From Gemmata obscuriglobus (lineage in GTDB: Bacteria; Planctomycetota; Planctomycetia; Gemmatales; Gemmataceae): a stretch of DNA of 32,000 nt. Numbering within the stretch: the stretch's first letter is position 1; each line of letters opens with the position of its first letter. The notes under the pieces were generated by a model. The model made no database searches, had not been told where the DNA came from, and saw only the letters and a list, made by a program, of their open reading frames with translations. The position numbers and the translations under genes are program-made. The stretch covers positions 3,600,001 through 3,632,000 of the forward strand of contig NZ_CP042911.1 in NCBI RefSeq assembly GCF_008065095.1, written 5' to 3'. Positions 25,040 to 30,302 of the stretch are shown piece by piece.

Positions 25040-26227
25040 ATGGCACGAACCGAAGAGAGCCAGCGGCGGGAGGCCGACCGCAAGGAAGGCTGGAACGCCC
25101 GCCGGTGGTACGAGGGGATCATGGCGAAGCAGAAGACGCACATGGGCGGGGCGGTTACCGAAACCGAACTGCTGATCGCGAACATCGACCGGTCCGTGAC
25201 GCAGGAGGTGCGGTCGGTCCTCGATCAGGCGACCGTGGACCTGTACGCCGAGACCGAGGACGAGTGGTCCGCCACGGCCCCCGTGGACGTGTGGTGGGAC
25301 GGGGCCAAGGCGTGCTACGCCAGCGACGGCGGGCACCGGATCGCGGCGAAGGAGAAGAACGGCCGCAAGAAGATCCTGTGCCGGGTCCACCGGTGCGACG
25401 ACGCCGAATCGGCCCTGACGCTGGCCCGGCTCCACGCCTTCGGCCCGGCGAACCACGCCCACGGCCGGGCCAGGACGCCGGAAGACAAGCGGAAGACGGT
25501 CCGGTCGTGCATCGCACTCCCCGAGTACGCGGGCGAGAGCGACCGCCGCATCGCCGAGATCTGCAAGGTCGGCAAGTGGCTGGTCGGGCAGGTGCGGGCG
25601 GAAATCGCGGGGGCTCCGAAGCCGGCCCCGCGGACGGTCAAGGCCGATTCGCCGCCGAAGCCCGCCCCCACGCCGGCGAGTGGTCGCGCGACCACTGCGG
25701 AAGAACGCGTCATCGAGTCCCTCACGAAACCCGGTGTCGTCGAGAAGCTGGTCGAGCGGCTCGAATCGGAAGACATCGTTGAGTCGCCGGAGGTGGTCGC
25801 GCGGCCACCGGCCAAGGAACACAAGGCCCTGACGGATGCCCGCGGGCGGGTGGTTCCCGAGCCGATGGTGTCGCTGTTCCGGCTCGGGCGGGCGTTTGCG
25901 GCGGACTTGCGGGGCGTGCTGCACGAGGCGGCCGACGGGGTCAAATCGGCCGCAGAAGAGTCGTGGGGCATCGGGCTGGCCCAGATGGTGCCGACGCTCG
26001 AGGCGGACTTGAAGAAGGTCGCACAGGACGCAGCGGCTTCTCTTCCGTGGTGTTGCTGCCCGCACGTCGATCAGGCGACCGGCGAACACCTCGTCGAGGG
26101 CAAGTGCCGGGTGTGCATCAACAACCGGGGCTGGCTGACCCGCCACAACTGGCACCAGCTCGGCGACCCCATCAAACAACTGATCGACGAGCACGCGGAG
26201 CCGGACGCCGAGCGCGAAGACGCCTGA
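25040..26227 (+). CDS. ParB-like N-terminal (ParB/Srx) domain protein with HTH, Pro/Ala-rich linker and Cys-rich C-terminus
   Basis: ATG at 25040, with an in-frame GTG alternative at 25028. The ParB-like core is ASDGGHRIAAKEKNGRKKILCRVH. The HTH-like segment is ESDRRIAEICKVGKWLVGQVRAEI. The C-terminus is WCCCPHVD...GKCRVCINNRGW. It contains palindrome copy 5 (read SGRATT) and decayed copy 6 (read VVARPP) in frame. Confidence 0.65.
   Translation: MARTEESQRREADRKEGWNARRWYEGIMAKQKTHMGGAVTETELLIANIDRSVTQEVRSVLDQATVDLYAETEDEWSATAPVDVWWDGAKACYASDGGHRIAAKEKNGRKKILCRVHRCDDAESALTLARLHAFGPANHAHGRARTPEDKRKTVRSCIALPEYAGESDRRIAEICKVGKWLVGQVRAEIAGAPKPAPRTVKADSPPKPAPTPASGRATTAEERVIESLTKPGVVEKLVERLESEDIVESPEVVARPPAKEHKALTDARGRVVPEPMVSLFRLGRAFAADLRGVLHEAADGVKSAAEESWGIGLAQMVPTLEADLKKVAQDAAASLPWCCCPHVDQATGEHLVEGKCRVCINNRGWLTRHNWHQLGDPIKQLIDEHAEPDAEREDA
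25679..25696. repeat. element palindrome copy 5 (18-bp AGTGGTCGCGCGACCACT), intragenic
   Basis: In frame in the ParB-like CDS, read as S-G-R-A-T-T. Confidence 0.95.
25792..25809. repeat. element palindrome copy 6, decayed (GGTGGTCGCGCGGCCACC, one A to G change at 25804), intragenic
   Basis: In frame in the ParB-like CDS, read as V-V-A-R-P-P. Confidence 0.8.
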
Positions 26228-26273
26228 CCTCGGACGGACCAGTGGCTAATCGGGTCGAGCAGGAGCAGAGCAG

Positions 26274-28109
26274 ATGATTACCCCGCGCCCCTACCAGAAG
26301 CAGAGTGTGGACCGGGTGTTCGGGCGGTTCGACGCGGGCGAGCCGTCCACGCTCGTGATCCTGCCGACCGGCTGCGGCAAGACGGTCGTGTTCGGGCTGG
26401 TGTCGCAGCAGTGGGCGCGAGAGTGCCGGCCGGGACGGGTGCTGGTGCTCGCCCACCGGGACGAGTTGATCCAGCAGGCGGCCGAAGAGCTACAGGGCAT
26501 CACCGGGTCCGCCCCGGCGATCGAACAGGCGGACCGGTACGCGGTCCCAGCGGGCGGGAGCATGGGGGACGCCCCGTCGGTCGTGGTCGGGAGCGTCCAG
26601 ACGCTGTGCCGGGACCGCCGGCTCGCTCGCTGGCCGAAGGACGAGTTCGGGCTGATCGTCACGGACGAGTGCCACCACGCGACCAGCCCGAGCTACCGGA
26701 AGATCTACGACCACTTCGGGGCGGCGAAGCGGCTGGGCGTGACGGCCACGCCGAAGCGGGCCGACGACCTCGCACTCGGGCACGTGTTCGGGTCCGTGGC
26801 GTTCGACATGGGCATCTGCGACGCGGTGGACGAGGGTTGGCTGTGCCCCGTCGAGCAGCGGTACGTGACGGTCAACGGGATGGACCTGTCGGCGGTGAAA
26901 ACGGCCGGCGACGACTTCTCGGACGGGGCGATCGGGGCCGTGCTGTCCGGCGACTCGGTGCTCGATCAGATGGTCGCGGCGACCATCGAATTGTGCGGCG
27001 ACGAGCCGACGCTGATCTTCACCGCCCCGCGGCCCCCGGGCGAGCAGGTGAGTCAGGGCGATCTGTTCGCGGACGCCCTGAACAAGATCAAGCCGGAGCG
27101 GGCCGTGTTCCTATCCGGCGAGACGGACAAGGACGTGCGGCGGCGGGAGATCGAGCTGTTCGAGCGGGGCGAGCGGCAGTTCCTGGTCGGGTGCAGCTTG
27201 TTCACGGAGGGGTTCAATGTTCCCAAGATCAGCCGGGTGGTCATGGCTCGTCCGACGAAATCGAACGCTTACTACACTCAGGCGATCGGCCGCGGCACAC
27301 GGACTCTACGCGGCACTCTGCATCCTGACCTCGCCACGCCGGAAGCCCGACGGGCGGCGATCGCCGCGTCCGCCAAGCCGTCCGTCCTCGTGATCGACTT
27401 CGTGGGGAACAGCGGCCGGCACAAGCTCATCTCGGCGGTGGACATCTTCGCCGGCAACCACCCGCAATCGGTGGTGGACCGGGCCAAGCGGAACGCCGCG
27501 AACGACGCCGCCAAGGGGCTGCACCGGGACGTGAAGCAGGTGCTGGACGAGGCGGCCCGCGAGGAGCGGAAGGAGGCGGCCGAGCGGCGGCGGAAGGAGA
27601 AGAAGGCCCGGGTGAAGGTGAACCGGGTGGACATGCACCAGCAGACCGTGGACCCGTTCGCGGCCAGCGACGCCCCGGGCCAGCGGGACCGGCTCGCCAG
27701 CGGCAGCGGTCGCGCGACCGCCACCCAGATCGAGTGGATCCGGACCCACGGCGGGTACTGCTCCGACACCGTGACGGCGAACGATGCCGGGGCCATCATC
27801 GCGGACATGAAGGACCGCTGGTCCCGCAAGCTGTGCAGCCCGAAGCAGGAGCGGACACTGAAGCGGGCGGGCGTGGCGGACGGCCCGGTCCCGAAGGACC
27901 ACGCCAAGGCCCTGCTCGACTGGCTCGCGGCCCGCAACTGGCGATCGACCGGGCGGCCGACGCGGAAGCAGTTGGGGATCCTGCGGAGCGAGTCGGGCGA
28001 CGGGTTTCAGCTCACGATCGACGGGCAGCGGGTCGGGCAGGTGATGCGGAGCGTGGACGCGGTGCGGGCGGCGTACCGCGGGCTGGCGGCGGAACCGGTG
28101 GTGGCGTAA
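26274..28109 (+). CDS. SF2 DEAD/DEAH-box helicase (type III restriction Res-like) with a C-terminal extension
   Basis: AGGAG upstream. Motif I is LPTGCGKT, motif II is VTDECHH, motif III is GVTATP, and motif VI is YTQAIGRGTR. A charged low-complexity segment (EERKEAAERRRKEKKARVK) is followed by palindrome copy 7 in frame (SGRATAT) before a 130-aa tail. Confidence 0.85.
   Translation: MITPRPYQKQSVDRVFGRFDAGEPSTLVILPTGCGKTVVFGLVSQQWARECRPGRVLVLAHRDELIQQAAEELQGITGSAPAIEQADRYAVPAGGSMGDAPSVVVGSVQTLCRDRRLARWPKDEFGLIVTDECHHATSPSYRKIYDHFGAAKRLGVTATPKRADDLALGHVFGSVAFDMGICDAVDEGWLCPVEQRYVTVNGMDLSAVKTAGDDFSDGAIGAVLSGDSVLDQMVAATIELCGDEPTLIFTAPRPPGEQVSQGDLFADALNKIKPERAVFLSGETDKDVRRREIELFERGERQFLVGCSLFTEGFNVPKISRVVMARPTKSNAYYTQAIGRGTRTLRGTLHPDLATPEARRAAIAASAKPSVLVIDFVGNSGRHKLISAVDIFAGNHPQSVVDRAKRNAANDAAKGLHRDVKQVLDEAAREERKEAAERRRKEKKARVKVNRVDMHQQTVDPFAASDAPGQRDRLASGSGRATATQIEWIRTHGGYCSDTVTANDAGAIIADMKDRWSRKLCSPKQERTLKRAGVADGPVPKDHAKALLDWLAARNWRSTGRPTRKQLGILRSESGDGFQLTIDGQRVGQVMRSVDAVRAAYRGLAAEPVVA
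26971..26985. repeat. possible degenerate copy: 15-bp odd-centred palindrome TGGTCGC-G-GCGACCA, intragenic
   Basis: It uses the same 7-nt half-sites as the family but has one extra central base. It lies in the helicase CDS, read as M-V-A-A-T-I. Confidence 0.5.
27706..27721. repeat. element palindrome copy 7, symmetric variant (GCGGTCGCGCGACCGC), intragenic
   Basis: The core GGTCGCGCGACC is intact. The second and fifteenth positions changed together (T to C and A to G), so the 16-mer is still a perfect palindrome. It is read S-G-R-A-T-A in the helicase CDS. Confidence 0.9.
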
Positions 28110-28129
28110 AAGTGGTCGCGCGACCACTT
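28110..28129. repeat. element palindrome copy 8 (20-bp AAGTGGTCGCGCGACCACTT)
   Basis: The 16-mer starts 2 nt after the helicase TAA (28107-28109) and ends 16 nt before ATG 28144. Confidence 0.95.
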
Positions 28130-28143
28130 AGGGGAGAGCACCA

Positions 28144-28359
28144 ATGAAGACGGCTGAACAGATGATGGCCGAGTTGAACGCCACCAGAGCCGCACTCGGT
28201 TTGGTGCCCGTCACCCGGCCGAACAGTGGCTATTGCCATTCCGGACGCGATGGCGACTGCAACGACGGTGAGTGTCCTCAACTGAGAGACGGCGAACCGG
28301 AGAAGACCGGTCGCCACTGCCCGCTCGATATGCACGACGACGAACGCGGTTACCAGTAG
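28144..28359 (+). CDS. small Cys-rich hypothetical protein
   Basis: 71 aa with a GGGGAGAG SD. It is bracketed by palindrome copies 8 and 9. The Cys/His pattern is YCHSGRDGDCNDGECP...GRHCP. Confidence 0.55.
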   Translation: MKTAEQMMAELNATRAALGLVPVTRPNSGYCHSGRDGDCNDGECPQLRDGEPEKTGRHCPLDMHDDERGYQ

Positions 28360-28360
28360 T

Positions 28361-28378
28361 AGTGGTCGCGCGACCACT
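28361..28378. repeat. element palindrome copy 9 (18-bp AGTGGTCGCGCGACCACT)
   Basis: The 16-mer starts 2 nt after the TAG (28357-28359) and ends 16 nt before ATG 28394. Confidence 0.95.
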
Positions 28379-28393
28379 TCGGGAGGGCTCCGG

Positions 28394-28765
28394 ATGCCGT
28401 GCTTCTGGTGCGACCGATTCGGGGTGCGGCTCACCCGAGACCACGTGAAGCCGCGGTGTGCGGGCGGCGGGGACGAGGACAACATCGTCATGGCGTGCGA
28501 CGGGTGTCAGGCGTCGCGGAACCAGATCCAGCAGTACTACACGAACGCCAAGGTGTTGCGGTTCAAAGTCGCGATCCGGTGGCCGGACGCGGGCCGCCGC
28601 CACAAGGAGCAGATCCGCCGGATGCGGGCGACGCTCCTCAAGCAACTGTCCGGCGTCCTCACTCTGGTGGCGTTCTGGACCCAGCGGGAAACGGACCGCT
28701 GGGGGAGCAGCCCGACCGCCGCACTCGACCTGACCGTTCCGGACCTGCCGAAGCGGAGGGCGTGA
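28394..28765 (+). CDS. HNH endonuclease
   Basis: GGGAGGG SD 6 nt upstream. The HNH core is CFWCDRFGVRLTRDHVKPRCAGGGDEDNIVMACDGCQASRN. Confidence 0.8.
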   Translation: MPCFWCDRFGVRLTRDHVKPRCAGGGDEDNIVMACDGCQASRNQIQQYYTNAKVLRFKVAIRWPDAGRRHKEQIRRMRATLLKQLSGVLTLVAFWTQRETDRWGSSPTAALDLTVPDLPKRRA

Positions 28766-28768
28766 CCG

Positions 28769-29317
28769 ATGGATCGTGAGGCGTTGCTGCGGGTGATTGC
28801 GATGCACCCGCACGAGAACACGCCACGGCTCGAGTACGCCGACTGGCTCATGCAATACGGCTCTTGCGACCGCGACGCCGCAACTTCCGAGTTCATTCGG
28901 ATGTCCTGCTCCGTCGGGTGCCGGCAGAAGCGGATGCCATACGAGGTGTACGGGTGGCTGATCAAGAACTGGCACCGTCTCGTCCCGAAGTCTCTGGCGG
29001 TCGGGGTGCCGGTCGAGAGCGGGCCAACGCCACAACAGGGGTGGCGGATCAACTGGCACAACGGGCGGAAGAAAGAGGTTCTCATCCGTCTGGCTCGCCT
29101 CCCGCCGAAACGTGGTGGTTACCGACCGTTCAAGGTAGTGTTCGACTTCGCCTTCGGGTTCTTGGACCGGTGCGAGACGTGGAGCCCGGTTTCTTTCGGG
29201 CAACTGAAGCAGCCGCTCCTCGCCGACCAGCCGCTCTGCAAGGTCATGTGTCATGGCACGACGAGACATCCCCAACGGGTTCGGTCACTACTCGGCGGTG
29301 CTGGAGCGGATCTGTGA
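28769..29317 (+). CDS. TIGR02996-domain protein (Gemmata-type repeat-companion N-terminal domain)
   Basis: GGAGGG SD 8 nt upstream. The N-terminus (REALLRVIAMHPHENTPRLEYADWLMQYG...SEFIRMSC) matches the TIGR02996 pattern (L..I...P.DD.PRLVYADWLEE.GD..RAEFIR.Q). The 3' end overlaps the next ORF by 65 nt. Confidence 0.65.
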   Translation: MDREALLRVIAMHPHENTPRLEYADWLMQYGSCDRDAATSEFIRMSCSVGCRQKRMPYEVYGWLIKNWHRLVPKSLAVGVPVESGPTPQQGWRINWHNGRKKEVLIRLARLPPKRGGYRPFKVVFDFAFGFLDRCETWSPVSFGQLKQPLLADQPLCKVMCHGTTRHPQRVRSLLGGAGADL

Positions 29318-30260
29318 GTACCGCCCGGCGGGCCGGTGGGTCCAGTTCCAGTGCCTCCTGCCGCACCGCCACAAGAACGGCGACGCCCACTGGTCGGGGC
29401 TCGCGTGGATCGGCGACAAGGGCGAACTGGTCGCCCGGTGTCAGGGGTGCGGGGCCGGGTTCAAGGAGCTTGTGGACGCCGTCGGGCTCCCCCAGACCGA
29501 GTGGTTCCCGGACAAGGGTCGCAGGTACGAGTTCGCCAACAAAGGTGGTCGCGCGACCACCGCAAAACAGGAGCCGGAGCCCGTGTCAGACCCCGTCGCA
29601 ATCTACCAGTACCGGGACGAAGCGGGCGAACTGCTGTTCGAGAAGCTGCGGTACGAGCCGAAGCGGTTCCAGTGCCGCCGGCCGACGCCAGCGGACGTGC
29701 GGCGGCGGGCGGACATCTCGGACGGGGTCGTGTCGTGGGTGTGGGGCGTGAGCGAGGGGATCTACTCCCGGCCGTCGCGGGACGGGGCGTGGGATCTGGT
29801 GCCGGCCCGCCACGACCACCAGATCGCGGTGAAGGTCGATGAGTGCCGGCGGGTGCTGTACCGGCTCCCGGAGCTGCTCGCCGCGAACAAGGAAGCCCCG
29901 GTGTTCCTGGTCGAGGGCGAGAAGGACGTGGAAACGCTCAAGTCGCTGGGGCTCACCGCGGTCTGCACGTGGGCCGGGTCGGGCAGCGTGGACCCGGCGT
30001 GGCTGCTGCCGCTGGTGGACCGGCGGGTGGTGGTGGTGCCGGACAACGACGAGGTCGGGCGGTCGCACGCGATGCGGTGCGTTGGGTGGCTGGTGTGCGG
30101 GGGCGTCCGCTCGGTGCGGGTGCTGTGGCCGGGCGAGTGCGGCTACGACCCGGCCCCGGGCGGCGACATCTCCGACTGGCTGGCCGCTCAGGACCCGGAC
30201 GGCGGCGGGGCGAAGGCGTCGCTGATCGAACTGTGCAAGCGGGCTCACGAGTACAAGTGA
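29253..30260 (+). CDS. DNA primase-like protein (CHC2-type zinc finger + Toprim domain)
   Basis: The Zn finger is FQCLLPHRHKNGDAHW...ARCQGCGAGF. Toprim motifs are VFLVEGEKDVETL and VVVVPDNDEVGRSHA. Palindrome copy 10 lies in frame (KGGRATTA) between the finger and the core. The start is uncertain because of the overlap with the upstream ORF; an alternative GTG is at 29298. Confidence 0.75.
   Translation: MARRDIPNGFGHYSAVLERICEYRPAGRWVQFQCLLPHRHKNGDAHWSGLAWIGDKGELVARCQGCGAGFKELVDAVGLPQTEWFPDKGRRYEFANKGGRATTAKQEPEPVSDPVAIYQYRDEAGELLFEKLRYEPKRFQCRRPTPADVRRRADISDGVVSWVWGVSEGIYSRPSRDGAWDLVPARHDHQIAVKVDECRRVLYRLPELLAANKEAPVFLVEGEKDVETLKSLGLTAVCTWAGSGSVDPAWLLPLVDRRVVVVPDNDEVGRSHAMRCVGWLVCGGVRSVRVLWPGECGYDPAPGGDISDWLAAQDPDGGGAKASLIELCKRAHEYK
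29544..29561. repeat. element palindrome copy 10 (18-bp GGTGGTCGCGCGACCACC), intragenic
   Basis: In frame in the primase-like CDS, read as G-G-R-A-T-T. Confidence 0.95.
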
Positions 30261-30262
30261 AC

Positions 30263-30276
30263 TGGTCGCGCGACCA
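30263..30276. repeat. element palindrome copy 11 (14-bp TGGTCGCGCGACCA)
   Basis: The 16-nt window 30262-30277 starts 1 nt after the primase TGA (30258-30260). The outer pair is mismatched (C/C). Confidence 0.9.
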
Positions 30277-30302
30277 CTTTGGATACGGGGAGAACGCCAC
30301 CG

